From contig CAWJPJ010000008.1 of assembly GCA_963844715.1 (NCBI GenBank), positions 768,001-832,000 on the forward strand: DNA of 64,000 nt, read 5' to 3'. This document shows, piece after piece, positions 1 to 10,390 of this stretch. A program made the translations under genes and the position numbers. The DNA is from an uncultured Phycisphaerales bacterium. Lineage in GTDB: Bacteria > Planctomycetota > Phycisphaerae > Tepidisphaerales > Tepidisphaeraceae. Numbering within the stretch: position 1 is the first letter of the stretch; each line of letters starts with the position of its first letter. A model generated the notes under the pieces. It was not told the DNA's origin. It did no database searches and saw only the letters and a program-made list of their open reading frames with translations.

Positions 1-1104
1 GCGGTCCTGCCCCCGGTCCCGCTGGACGGATTCAGTTTCACTCATCCAATGACCGTGATCAATCAGGCCGAACTGGCCGAAGTGAAGCGGCGCATCGCCG
101 CGCAAATCGAACCGCAAGCCAGCGCCTTCGCCAAGCTCCTGCATGACGCCGATGCGGCCCAGAGTTTTCAGCCCGATCCTCCCGACACGATGCACTTCAT
201 GAGCGCCTACGTGCCCAACTCGAACGAGGACACGGTGATTCGCCCCTGGTTGTGGCGCAATTGCCACGCGGCTTACGCGAGCGCATTGGCGTACTCATAC
301 ACCGGCCGGCGCCAATATGCCGACAAGGCCGTCGAGGTTCTCAACGCCTGGGCCGCGAAGGATACGAAATTCGTCGGGTTGGCCAGGGGATTGCAACTCG
401 GCTCCTGGTTTTCCCCCATGCTTTACGCCGCGGATTTGCTCCACGACTACGACGGCTGGAAAAAACCGGATCGAATTCGCTTCAATTCCTGGTGGCGAAC
501 CAACTGCCTGCCCTACACCATCGAGAAGATGCACGAGCACGAGAACAATTGGAAGGATGCCGGCGTGCTGGGCGTGATGTCCGCATCCGTCGTCCTCGAA
601 GACAAATCCCTGATGTCCGATGCGCTGGCCGAATTGCAAAGCTACTTCGAGGCGCACGATGACCAATTCGTCAAAGCGAATGGCGATTGGAAAATCCGGC
701 AGGACGAGCGGGGCGTTTTCCTTCCCGCCGAGGTAACCCGAAACGGCGGCGCCAGCGGGATCACTTACACGGGCTATGCCCTGACGACAATGGTGCAGGC
801 TCTGGAAATCGCGCACTACACCGGGCACGATTACTGGCATCGACGGACGCCGCAAGGGGCCGATCTACAAGGGGTCATCGAATGGTATTTCCGCTGGGAC
901 GTGATGAAGCAGCCCTTCCCCTGGAACGCCGATCCACTCCATTTTGAAACGCGAAAAAACCCGTTCGAGATCGCCAACAATCATTTCCGCTTGATGCCGG
1001 AAATAGTTGACTGGCTGAAGCAGAATCGCCCGGTGAACGGCGAGCAGGGGGATGAATACGCCACGCTCAACAAGGGAGACATGGCTCCCTCGGCCATGCC
1101 CTAA
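1..1104 (+). CDS. Alginate lyase-domain protein (5' end beyond window)
   Basis: Frame is open from base 1 (..FSFTHPM..). Motifs YASALAYSYTG-RQYADKAVEVLNAW, NNW and EVTR..GITY resemble the Alginate_lyase (alpha/alpha toroid) family. Confidence 0.65.
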   Translation, partial: AVLPPVPLDGFSFTHPMTVINQAELAEVKRRIAAQIEPQASAFAKLLHDADAAQSFQPDPPDTMHFMSAYVPNSNEDTVIRPWLWRNCHAAYASALAYSYTGRRQYADKAVEVLNAWAAKDTKFVGLARGLQLGSWFSPMLYAADLLHDYDGWKKPDRIRFNSWWRTNCLPYTIEKMHEHENNWKDAGVLGVMSASVVLEDKSLMSDALAELQSYFEAHDDQFVKANGDWKIRQDERGVFLPAEVTRNGGASGITYTGYALTTMVQALEIAHYTGHDYWHRRTPQGADLQGVIEWYFRWDVMKQPFPWNADPLHFETRKNPFEIANNHFRLMPEIVDWLKQNRPVNGEQGDEYATLNKGDMAPSAMP

Positions 1105-1200
1105 ATAGCAGACCGCGATTCAGCGACACCCTCACTCCCCGGTTTAGCCGCCCCGCTTGCGGGGCGTGTCCTTCGATGTGCCGCAATCATGGTTCCCCAT

Positions 1201-1872
1201 TTAGCTGCGCGGCCGTGCTTCAATGGCGTATTGAAGCAGTTCGTTGCTGCTTTTCAGGTTCAGCTTTTGCTTGATGTGTTCCTTGTGGGCCTCGACGGTT
1301 TTTGTGCTGAGGAATAATTTTTCCGCGATGGCCCGCACGCTCTGGCCTTCCCCGATGAGCCGGAAGATTTCCAGTTCCCGGTCGGTGAGCCGATCGAGCG
1401 GGGCCAATTCAGAATCCGATTTCGGCCCGGAAAAACTGCGCAGCAGCTTGGCGGACATTTTTGGGGAGAGATAAACCGCGCCGCGCAAAACCGTCCGAAT
1501 TGCCGCGATCACGATTTCCTGGGGTTCCTGCTTCATCACATACCCACGAGCGTCCGCCTTGAGGGCCCGCTCGGCGTAAAGCCCTTCATCGTGCATCGAG
1601 ACGACCAGGATCGGCAGCGTGCTGAACCGATCCCGAATTTGCTTGCAAAGTTCCAGCCCGTCCCCGCCCCGGAGGGTGAGATCGACCAGCACGACGTCGG
1701 GCTTGGCGTTGGGCAATAGCCGCATGGCTTCGACGTTCGAATCGGCTTCGCCGCCCACGACAAGGTCGGTTTGATCGTTGATCAGCCGCGCCAGCCCCTG
1801 GCGGAGCACCGGATGATCATCGATGACGAAGACCTTTTTGCGTCCGTCTGGTTTTGGCTGAGTCTTTGCCAT
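1201..1872 (-). CDS. NarL/LuxR-family response regulator
   Basis: Receiver domain (VIDDHP, VDLTL, SMH, GYVMK) plus LuxR HTH (LTDRELEIFRLIGEG..IAEKLFLSTKTVEAH). Confidence 0.93.
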   Translation of the reverse strand: MAKTQPKPDGRKKVFVIDDHPVLRQGLARLINDQTDLVVGGEADSNVEAMRLLPNAKPDVVLVDLTLRGGDGLELCKQIRDRFSTLPILVVSMHDEGLYAERALKADARGYVMKQEPQEIVIAAIRTVLRGAVYLSPKMSAKLLRSFSGPKSDSELAPLDRLTDRELEIFRLIGEGQSVRAIAEKLFLSTKTVEAHKEHIKQKLNLKSSNELLQYAIEARPRS

Positions 1873-1984
1873 TGTCGTTCGCCGTGGGTGTGAGTTCGGC
1901 CCGTGACGGAGTCGGGGATGATGGGCCACTCCGCATTTGGCGTTGACAAGAACGCGCGGGGGCATTCTGCTCTTGCCCTAGCCG

Positions 1985-3407
1985 ATGCCTTTGTTTCAAT
2001 ATTTTCGCCATCGACCTAAGCCGACCATCGCGCCGAAGACTCCGACCGCCGTTGCCTCGGCGAAGCTCGACGCCATGGCCGAGGACGAAGACCGCCTGCC
2101 GCGACGGCCCGGGCAGTGGCTGGTTCAGATGACTCTTGCCGCGATGGTGGGCGCGATCACCGGGGTCGTGGGCGCGGCGTTCCGCCTTACCTTGAGCGAA
2201 TTGGATTTTTTGCGCGGACAGATGATCGTTTGGGCGCATCACCATGGCATCGCTCAAATCAATTGGATCATGCCGGTAGTGCTTTGCGCGATCGGGGCGG
2301 GACTCGCGTGTTATTTGACCCAAAGACTGGCCCCGCAGGGGGCCGGGAGCGGAATTCCGCGCGTCGAGGCGGTGTTGCGGAATCATCTTCATCCAGCGGC
2401 GGCTTGGATATTGCCGGTCAAATTCGTCGGCGGCGCCCTCGGCATCGGCAGCGGGCTGGCGCTGGGACGCGAAGGCCCGACCGTGCAGATGGGCGGGACC
2501 ATCGGACGGCTCGTGGGCGACGCGATGAAAAGAATTTTGGCCGAGCCGTGGACCCTCATCGCGGCCGGAGCCGGGGCGGGCCTGGCAGTCGCCTTCAACG
2601 CGCCCCTGGCGGCGACGATCTTTGTGACCGAGGAACTGTTGCATCGGTTTTCCGCCCGGGTCTTCACGGCAACACTCGTCTCGTGCATCACCGGCACCGT
2701 CGTGTTGCGATTGTGGCTTGGGAACGTCCAGGACTTCGGCGCGCCCAGGCTTGTCGAGCTGCCTTCCGACGTTCTGCCGGGGTATATCGTCCTGGGAGTT
2801 TTGGCCGGAATTTTGGGGGTCGCCTACAACGTGTCACTGATGGCGAGCATTCACCTGTCGGATCGCGCCACGCACTGGCCGCGCAGGATTGAAAGGGGCG
2901 ATCATCGGCGCCGCCACGGGACTCTTGGCGTGGTTTATCCCGAACCTCGTAGGCGGCGGAGAATCGGTCGGGCAGGCGGCGATCTCCTCCACATTTCCCT
3001 GGTCAATCCTCGGCGGATATCTCATCGTCCGATTCATCCTGATGATTTTGTCCTACTCCAGCGGAGCGCCCGGCGGAATCTTCGCCCCGTTGCTGGCCTT
3101 GGGGGCGCTCTTGGGAAGCGGGTTTTCCGCGGCGCATGCGACCTTCATGCACCACCCCCAGGACCCGGCGCCCTATGCGATCGTCGCCATGGCGGCGTGC
3201 TTCACCGCCATCGTGCGATCCCCCCTGACCGGCGTCGTCTTGCTACTCGAGATGACCGGAAGCTGGGGCTTGATTCTCCCAATGATGGCCGCCTCGATCA
3301 CCGCCTATGCGATTCCCGAACTATTGGGGAACCCGCCGATTTACGATTCGCTCCGCCAGCGCGATGAGGAGATGGAAAAGGCCCACCAGATTGCCGCACC
3401 AACTTGA
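1985..3407 (+). CDS. clcA: ClC H+/Cl- exchange transporter (frameshift near 2890)
   Basis: GSGIP, GREGPTVQMG, AFNAPLA and GGIFAP signatures are split across ORFs 1985..3367 and 2889..3407. Confidence 0.9.
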
Positions 3408-3461
3408 TAATCCCGGCATCAGTTGAATTATACGGACCCGAGTTGACATCCGCCCTCCTTC

Positions 3462-3505
3462 TTCTCCCTCCCCCGGTACTCCGGGGGAGGGTTGGGGGAG
3501 GGGGC
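3462..3505. repeat. REP-like palindromic element
   Basis: ctccctcccccgg-tact-ccgggggaggg hairpin between convergent genes; a related copy lies at 5146-5222. Confidence 0.6.
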
Positions 3506-3531
3506 GGGCGCGCGACTCCGCACGATCCGTA

Positions 3532-3948
3532 TTAGCCCTCCACGACAACCATCCAGGCGACGCCGAACCTGTCCGTGAGCATGCCAAAGTTGGAGGAGAA
3601 AAATGTTTTGCCCAGCGGCATGCCGACTTTCCCGCCTTCGCTAAGAGCCGCGAATTTCCTTGCGGCTTCGGCGTCGCTAGGAACATTTAGGGTCAGGGAG
3701 ACCCCCGAAAAAGTCCCCTTGTTGGTGCACCGCCCGTCGGACATGAGCAGGTTCGTATCCCCGACAAGCAGGCTGGCGTGCATGACCTTCTCGAGAATTT
3801 CCTTCGGGAACTGCTGGCCGGAGGGGGGAGACTCCGGGCAATCCTTGAATCGCATGAGCCGCGTGACTTTTGCGCCGAGCGCGGCTTTGTAGAATTCAAT
3901 CGCCTCGTCGCACCGGCCGTCAAAATTCAGATAAGGTTCGATCTTCAT
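3532..3948 (-). CDS. VOC/PhnB-like glyoxalase family protein
   Basis: PYLNFDGRCDEAIEFY, VMHASL and FGMLTDRFGVAWMV motifs. Confidence 0.9.
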   Translation of the reverse strand: MKIEPYLNFDGRCDEAIEFYKAALGAKVTRLMRFKDCPESPPSGQQFPKEILEKVMHASLLVGDTNLLMSDGRCTNKGTFSGVSLTLNVPSDAEAARKFAALSEGGKVGMPLGKTFFSSNFGMLTDRFGVAWMVVVEG

Positions 3949-3981
3949 GATGGCTTCTCCTTGAAAAGCGATTTGATTTCC

Positions 3982-5016
3982 TCACCGGATGATTTTGTCC
4001 CCCATGCCGCCATACACAAGCCCCCGCACCATTTCCTTGGTGTAAAACTCGTGCGGGAAACCCAGGTCAATCCGGCTGGCGTCGTCGAGGGTTTTTAACT
4101 GGTCGTTGGAAAGATTCAGTTCCAGGCTGGCCAGATTGTCCTGAAGCTGGCTGATTTTCCGGGCCCCCAGAATGGCAATCACCGCGACCGGCCGATACCG
4201 CAGCCACGCGAGCGCAACCTGCGCCGGGCTCTTACCGACTTGATCCGCGACAGTTTTCACGGCCGCGACAATCCGAACCGCGCGCGATTCCTCGGGCCGG
4301 AATTCCTTCATGCCGTCACCCGACAGGCGCGCGCCATCGGCGGAGCCCTGACCGTGGTATTTGCCCGTGAGCAGCCCGCCGGAAAGGGGCGACCAGGCGG
4401 TGACGCCCAGGTTCAGGGCTTTTGCCATGGGGACCAATTCCCGCTCGACGGTTCGCTCGGCCAGTGAGTATTCGATCTGCAGCGCGACAAACGGCGACCA
4501 CCCGCGAAATTTGGCCAGCGTGTTCGCCTGCGCGATCCACCACGCCGGCGCGTCGGACACGCCCGGATGCAAAATCTTCCCCTGCCGCACCAGATCTTCA
4601 AACCCGCGCATAACTTCCTCGACCGGCGTGACCTGGTCCCAGATATGAAGCCAATAGAGATCGATAAAATCCGTCTGAAGGCGCTTCAGGCTGGCCTCCA
4701 CGGATTGGAACATATTTTTCCGGTGATTCCCGCCCGAGTTGGGGTCTTTCCCAGGCGCGCTGTTGGTGTATTTAGTCGCCAGCACGATCGAGCCGCGATG
4801 TCCGCGCATGAATTCGCCCATGAACGATTCGCTGGTGCCATTGGTATAGATATTGGCGGTGTCGATGAAATTCCCCCCGGCGTCGCGAAAGGCGTCGTAA
4901 ATCTTTCGCGATTCATCTTTGCCCGCGCCCCAACCCCAGTCTTCCCCAAAGGTCATCGTTCCAAGGCAAAGCTCAGAAACTCGCAAGCCGCTGTCGCCGA
5001 GAAGACGGTATCGCAT
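3982..5016 (-). CDS. Aldo/keto reductase
   Basis: LGDSGLRVSELCLGTM, FIDTANIY, LATK, DLYWLH and WSPLSGG motifs. Confidence 0.93.
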   Translation of the reverse strand: MRYRLLGDSGLRVSELCLGTMTFGEDWGWGAGKDESRKIYDAFRDAGGNFIDTANIYTNGTSESFMGEFMRGHRGSIVLATKYTNSAPGKDPNSGGNHRKNMFQSVEASLKRLQTDFIDLYWLHIWDQVTPVEEVMRGFEDLVRQGKILHPGVSDAPAWWIAQANTLAKFRGWSPFVALQIEYSLAERTVERELVPMAKALNLGVTAWSPLSGGLLTGKYHGQGSADGARLSGDGMKEFRPEESRAVRIVAAVKTVADQVGKSPAQVALAWLRYRPVAVIAILGARKISQLQDNLASLELNLSNDQLKTLDDASRIDLGFPHEFYTKEMVRGLVYGGMGDKIIR

Positions 5017-5145
5017 GGGAAGCTCCGGTTTGGGTTTTCGATTATTCGCCTGCAAACGCCGAATGGGAAATGGGAAATTTTAAATGTTGCGAAAGATGGC
5101 GGACCGCTCTTCTACAGATTCCAGTTGATAATTGCGCACCTTTTA

Positions 5146-5222
5146 ACTCCCTCCCCCGGTACGCCCGGGGGACCTCCTCTGTCCCGTTCCGCTGGTTTCG
5201 GCACGAAGGGAGGGGGCGAGGG
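5146..5222. repeat. REP-like palindromic element
   Basis: ctccctcccccgg-tacgc-ccggggga, similar to 3462-3505. Its internal ccgctggtttcggca matches the reverse complement of about 31171-31185 with one mismatch. Confidence 0.55.
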
Positions 5223-5244
5223 CGCGGTTCAAACACGTTCCATC

Positions 5245-6093
5245 CTACTTGGGAAAATCAGCGCCCAGGGTCACGTCTTTCCATGTTTCAAACTCGGCGC
5301 GCAGAGCATCCAGCTTCGCGTTGGCCCGCTGATGCGCAATCGCTCCCAGCAGCAGATGCAGCGGCGGATTCTTCCCCGTCACAGCGTCAATAATCGCCTT
5401 GGCCGCCCGAACCGGATCGCCCGCCTGCGTCCCGTCGAATTGCTTTTGGTAATCCCGCGACTTACCGGCCGTCGGGTCGTAATCGGCCAGATGCCCGCTC
5501 GCCCACCGCAGCGAATCCCCCAGGAAATTCGTGCGGAATGGCCCAGGCTCGACGATGGTCACCCCAATTCCCAACGGCTTCAACTCCTGTGCCAGCGCTT
5601 CGGACAATCCCTCCACGGCAAACTTCGTGGCGTTGTAAATGCCCCACCCCGCGCCGCCGACAAGCCCGCCGATGGATGAGAGATTCACGATATGCCCGCT
5701 TTTCTGCCCCCGCATCCGCGGCAACACCGCCCGGGTGACGCGAATCAAACCGAAAACATTCGTCTCAAAGGTATCCTTGATCTCGCCGTCGCCCGCTTCT
5801 TCCACCGCCCCCAGAAGCCCATGCCCCGCGTTGTTGATAAGCACGTCGATTCGCCCGAACTTTTGGATGGTGGCGGCAACCGCCGATTCGATCTGCCCAG
5901 CGTCGGCCAGATCCATCGGCGTCGCATACAGCCGATCCCTCGCGTTCGGGAACGCGCTCCGCACTTTTTCCGGCGACCGCGACGTGGCGACAACATTGTC
6001 CCCGCGATTCAAAGCCGCCTGCACAAGATCGCGCCCAAAGCCCTGGGAGGTTCCCGTGATAAGCCAGGTACGTTGCGGGTTTTCTGCGGGCAT
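5245..6093 (-). CDS. Short-chain dehydrogenase/reductase
   Basis: ITGTSQGFG, NNAG and YNATK catalytic motif. Confidence 0.93.
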   Translation of the reverse strand: MPAENPQRTWLITGTSQGFGRDLVQAALNRGDNVVATSRSPEKVRSAFPNARDRLYATPMDLADAGQIESAVAATIQKFGRIDVLINNAGHGLLGAVEEAGDGEIKDTFETNVFGLIRVTRAVLPRMRGQKSGHIVNLSSIGGLVGGAGWGIYNATKFAVEGLSEALAQELKPLGIGVTIVEPGPFRTNFLGDSLRWASGHLADYDPTAGKSRDYQKQFDGTQAGDPVRAAKAIIDAVTGKNPPLHLLLGAIAHQRANAKLDALRAEFETWKDVTLGADFPK

Positions 6094-6168
6094 GGATTTA
6101 TCTCCGGTGGTCGAAGGAGAGTATTTTATAGGCTTGTCGAGAAATCTGGCACTGCAATTTGGGCGGGC

Positions 6169-6411
6169 TTATGAAAACAATTCCGTCTGCAATTCCTGGC
6201 GCGTCTTTCCAATGTGAGCGGCGACTTTTTCGAGAATTCCGCCGATGGTGCCAATGCGCAGCGATTTGTGCCGGGGTATTGTGATGTGGTGCTCGCCGTT
6301 GAGTTGAGTCGTCACCCTGATATGGGATCCCTTTTGCCGCGTGATCTGGTATCCGAATTTGGACAATGCTTTGACAAGATCATCGCCGGAGAGATCCCGA
6401 GGCAATTTCAT
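6169..6411 (-). CDS. hicA: HicA-family toxin
   Basis: 80 aa with RQKGSH, ITIPRH and LRIGT; 4-nt overlap with the upstream antitoxin. Confidence 0.9.
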   Translation of the reverse strand: MKLPRDLSGDDLVKALSKFGYQITRQKGSHIRVTTQLNGEHHITIPRHKSLRIGTIGGILEKVAAHIGKTRQELQTELFS

Positions 6412-6620
6412 ACCGTGAGGACCTCGTCGCGAACGAAGTGAAGCCGCACCAGTCGCGGCAGTTCGTCTTCAAAATGGCACTCGACCGCCTCCCGTACGTT
6501 GGCCCGGAGTTCCTCCAGCGAATCCGCCTCGGTAACGATATCGGCTCCAACGCCACGAGCGACAAATCCCCCTTCGGGCGCTTCCTCGACCACAAAAAGG
6601 ACTTCTGTGCTAACTGCCAT
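6408..6620 (-). CDS. hicB: Short HicB-like antitoxin with no DNA-binding domain
   Basis: EEAPEGGFVA..IVTEADSLEELRANVREAVECHF partial RNase-H-like HicB motif, directly upstream of hicA. Confidence 0.8.
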   Translation of the reverse strand: MAVSTEVLFVVEEAPEGGFVARGVGADIVTEADSLEELRANVREAVECHFEDELPRLVRLHFVRDEVLTV

Positions 6621-6694
6621 GCATCACTCCTTTACAGCCGCAACAACGCTATCCCCAATCAGGTCGATGCGTCAAGCTTTCTCAAAGGAATGCC

Positions 6695-6868
6695 CTATTT
6701 CCTAGGTTTTTTGGCAGGCTCCGTTTTTTCATCATCATCAAACAGCATGCGCAGCGGCGGCGTATCCAGATCGTCATATTGCCCTCGCCGGACCGAGAGA
6801 ATGAAAGCCGCGACCCCCACCCCGGCCATGACGATCGCCAGCGGCAATACAATATATAATATGCTCAT
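6695..6868 (-). CDS. ccoS: cbb3-type cytochrome oxidase maturation protein CcoS/FixS
   Basis: [34 protein letters not shown]. Confidence 0.88.
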   Translation of the reverse strand: MSILYIVLPLAIVMAGVGVAAFILSVRRGQYDDLDTPPLRMLFDDDEKTEPAKKPRK

Positions 6869-6950
6869 TTGGCCCCCCGGACGCGTTGGGGACGGCTCGG
6901 GGGCGCCGCCTGACTGGAAGGAAACCAACCGGACGGTGCCAGCCAGCCTT

Positions 6951-8276
6951 TCATGATGCAGGCGGACGAGACCCGACGGTCTCCGAGTGCCGCGGTTCCT
7001 CCACTCGCATCTTGAACGATCCCGTGATCAATCGCGCCTCCCGGCTGTGCGCGAAATACTGGTAAATCCACCCGATCATGACCGAGACCCGGTTGCGAAA
7101 CCCGATCAACGTCGCCACGTGAATAAGCGACCAGAGCAGCCAGGCGAAAACCCCGCCAAACTTCCACCCGCGAATGTCCGCCACCGCGCGGTGCGTTCCG
7201 ATGGTGGCAAGAATTCCCTTGTCGACATAGTGAAACGGTTTCCGGGTCGGGAGCGCGTCGGGCGGAGCAGCCGCTTCGCGCGCGATGATTTCCGCGACGT
7301 ATCGCCCCATCTGAATCGCGGCCGGAGCGAGCCCCGGCACCGGCTTTTGCGTTCCAGAGTCTTTCACGGACGCGGCGTCCCCGAGTACAAAAACATTGCG
7401 ATGCCCCGGAACGGATAAATCCGGCTCGACAATGACCCGCCCGCCACGGTCGGTGGGAACGCCCATCGTCTTGAGCATTTTCGGCGCCGTGACCCCCGCG
7501 GCCCAGATGACGGTTCTTGCCGCAACATGCTCGTCCCCGATCGAGACGCCGTTTTCGTCGACGTTGGTCACCCGGGCGTTGAGCCGCACTTCCACGCCGA
7601 TCGATTCCAGGTCACTCTTCGCCCGATCGCTCAGGTCCGGATCGAACTGATCGAGCAGCCGTTTCCCGCCTTCGAGAAGAATGATGCGGCTGGTCCCCGT
7701 GTCGATGTGGCGGAAATCCTTTTGAATAACGTTGACCGCGATCTCCCGAAGAGCGCCCGCCATTTCCACGCCCGTCGGCCCGCCTCCAACGATGACGAAA
7801 GTCAGCTTTGCGCACTGCGCGGCATCGTCGCGCTCAAGTTCCGCCTCCTCGAACGCCAGCAATATTCGCCGGCGAATCCCCGTCGCGTCGTCAAGATCCT
7901 TCAGCCCCGGGGCGAGGGGTCCCCATTCGGCATCTTTCCCGTAATAGGAATAGGTCGCGCCGACGCAGACGGCGAGATAGTCGAACTCAACGCACGTTTC
8001 CTCGCCGCAAACCTGGCTTTTTTCCAGATCGATGCGATCGACCAGTCCCAGGGCGACCTGGACGTTGGATTTGGACCCGAATATGGCCCGGATCGGATAC
8101 GCGACATCCGCCGGCGAAAGCGCGGCGGTGGCAACCTGATAAAGCAGCGGCTGAAATAGGTGATAGTTATGCTTGTCGATCAGCGTCACATCAACCGGCG
8201 CGTGACGAAGGTGCTTGGCCAGATTCAAACCGGCAAAGCCCGCGCCGAGTATCACCACCCGCTTGTTTGCGGCCAT
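6951..8276 (-). CDS. ndh: Type II NADH dehydrogenase (NDH-2)-like FAD oxidoreductase
   Basis: [29 protein letters not shown] and YVDKG motifs. Confidence 0.9.
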   Translation of the reverse strand: MAANKRVVILGAGFAGLNLAKHLRHAPVDVTLIDKHNYHLFQPLLYQVATAALSPADVAYPIRAIFGSKSNVQVALGLVDRIDLEKSQVCGEETCVEFDYLAVCVGATYSYYGKDAEWGPLAPGLKDLDDATGIRRRILLAFEEAELERDDAAQCAKLTFVIVGGGPTGVEMAGALREIAVNVIQKDFRHIDTGTSRIILLEGGKRLLDQFDPDLSDRAKSDLESIGVEVRLNARVTNVDENGVSIGDEHVAARTVIWAAGVTAPKMLKTMGVPTDRGGRVIVEPDLSVPGHRNVFVLGDAASVKDSGTQKPVPGLAPAAIQMGRYVAEIIAREAAAPPDALPTRKPFHYVDKGILATIGTHRAVADIRGWKFGGVFAWLLWSLIHVATLIGFRNRVSVMIGWIYQYFAHSREARLITGSFKMRVEEPRHSETVGSRPPAS

Positions 8277-8308
8277 AGCGAGTAGTTTAGGCGCCCAAGA
8301 CCGCCAAG

Positions 8309-9494
8309 TCAGCGCGGACTTTTTTGCCGGCGGGCGAGCCGCTGCGTCTTGCGGGTCATAAGCAGATTCGCGGAGATCAGCAGAATCGCAAAACTGCCCG
8401 GTTCGGGGACGGAGACGATGTTGTAATCCGCCACTACGGGGAGATGGTCGGATGCGCCCTGGAGGGCCTCGAGAATCGTGGACCGCTGGGAAGCGGTGAG
8501 GTCGGGGAAGACGCCGGGGTTATCCGTCGGGTAGTTCGTCACGTTCTGCTCGTACAGCGACGTGCTTCCCCCGTTGCCGAAGACCGTGTACGACCCGGTG
8601 TCATATTGGAGACCGGCGGAGCCCGATCCGGCCTCAGCGGCTGCGGAAACAAACTGAATATCGTCGCGATATTCGACGTCGGTCGCCGATTCACTCAGCA
8701 GCGGCATGATAGCCTTGGCGGCCGTGGAGCTGGTGTCGGTCCAGGATTCACCGGGATCGCCAATATCGTGAAATTGGCCGATCATCGTTTGATAGGTCTG
8801 TTCGGAGCTGCCATTGGTGATGTTGAAGTCGCCGAGGGAAACAATATGGGCACTGGAACCGAGAGACTGCGCATTCTGAGTCAGCGTGACGGCTTCGTCG
8901 TTTCGGCGGGTCGCGTCGTCCGAGTCAGTGCCGGATTTCATGTGGCTGACGTCAAGATAAAACCGGTCGCTGGTCGGCATGCCGATCGGTTGAAGCAGAT
9001 ATTGCATCGGCGCGCGGGGCGCCGCTGTCCGATGCCGTGCCGAGGGGTGTGGCGCTGATGACCTGGATGGTTTTGGTGTCGTAGATCAAACCGTTGGGGC
9101 CGCCACCGTCGCCGCCGGTGGTCGGGTCGCTCGTGGGATCAAAGGCGTAGGTGCCCGAGCCGTAGAAGGCGTTTAGGCTATTGACCATCGAAGTGGGCGT
9201 TGGAGCGCCGGAATATCCAGACGAATTGTAAAGCTCCTCCAGCCCCAACACATCGAATGGCTGGGCATTGGATGTCCCGTTATCGTTGAGATGCTCCTCC
9301 CCAATTCCCTGCAGCACCGTTTCAATATCCGACGCCTGTGAAGGGGATTCTCCCTCGTAAGACGTGGTGTCCGCGTTGACGTTCCAGGTGACAATTCGAA
9401 TCGTGTCGGCCGGCGCCGATGAACTAAAACTGAAGCACGCCCCCCACATCGCCAAGGCAACGACGCAATGCCGGCAATATTTAAGATTAACCAT
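8309..9494 (-). CDS. Secreted exonuclease/endonuclease/phosphatase (EEP)-like protein with PEP-CTERM anchor (frameshift near 9010)
   Basis: Signal peptide, IRIVTWNV, GLEE, HMKSG, GDFN, SDHLPV, then VPEP, hydrophobic segment and basic tail. Confidence 0.75.
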
Positions 9495-9604
9495 CGTTCC
9501 CTGTCTGACCTGGCGGAGATTAGACAATCCGCGCGCCCCTGCGAACATGGGCGTTCGAAGCGCCTCATGTTCGCAGAAGGCGGCGGTGGTTGAGATACTC
9601 CAGA

Positions 9605-10318
9605 TTAAGCGATGCGGCGCCGCCGGGTCAGCAGACCCAGAGCGCCGATTCCGAGCACGGCCAAGGAAGTCGGTTCCGGAACCGGAGCCACGACAATCGA
9701 GAACGTTTCCGGATTAGCGATCGCGCCGGTATACGCCGGGGACGTGGAATTCGGGTCCAGGTCGTACAGGCTGTTGAACGTCGTGGTGAGATCCGCGCTC
9801 TTGGTGGCCGGATAGTTTTCAGCGCCCAGCACGAAGGTATTGCTCACGTTCGTCGTGATCGTGATGCTGCCAATCTGGATATCGCCGCTGGCGTTGGGAA
9901 GCGGCCCACTTGAGGCGGCTTCGCCCACGGCGTTGGCGATGCCCTGAAACGTCGAACTGTCCTTGCCCGACGGATTGGCGAAACCGCCGCCGGCGGCGAA
10001 GTTATCGCCGTTGCTGGTGATACTTCCGGCACTGCCGGTGAGCGTTCCGGCGGCAGTGTTGCTCGTCTGGGTCACGGAGAAGGCGGCCGTAAACATGCCG
10101 TCGTCCGACGTGATCAGCGAACTGCTGCCGTTGCTGAGCTGCTCATACAGATAAATGGGGATGGTGATCGGCACCCCGGCCGTGGCGTTGTACGACGTGA
10201 CGGCGGTACCGCCGGTATACGTCGTATATTTGTAGGTGATGGCCGCTTTAGCGCTTCCCGCGGCCGCCAAAGCCGCGGCCGCCGCTGCGGTCATCATTGC
10301 TGATCTGAGGCTCTTCAT
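9605..10318 (-). CDS. PEP-CTERM sorting domain protein
   Basis: Ala-rich signal peptide; C-terminal VPEPTSLAVLGIGALGLLTRRRR. Confidence 0.9.
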   Translation of the reverse strand: MKSLRSAMMTAAAAAALAAAGSAKAAITYKYTTYTGGTAVTSYNATAGVPITIPIYLYEQLSNGSSSLITSDDGMFTAAFSVTQTSNTAAGTLTGSAGSITSNGDNFAAGGGFANPSGKDSSTFQGIANAVGEAASSGPLPNASGDIQIGSITITTNVSNTFVLGAENYPATKSADLTTTFNSLYDLDPNSTSPAYTGAIANPETFSIVVAPVPEPTSLAVLGIGALGLLTRRRRIA

Positions 10319-10356
10319 TCTGTCCTCCTGAACGGAAACCTAGTGGTAAGGAAAGA

Positions 10357-10380
10357 CCTCGCCGCCACAAAGCGGCGAGG
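10357..10380. terminator. Intergenic stem-loop
   Basis: cctcgccgc-cacaaa-gcggcgagg, just downstream of the large surface protein gene. Confidence 0.5.
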
Positions 10381-10390
10381 CCAAGTGGCT

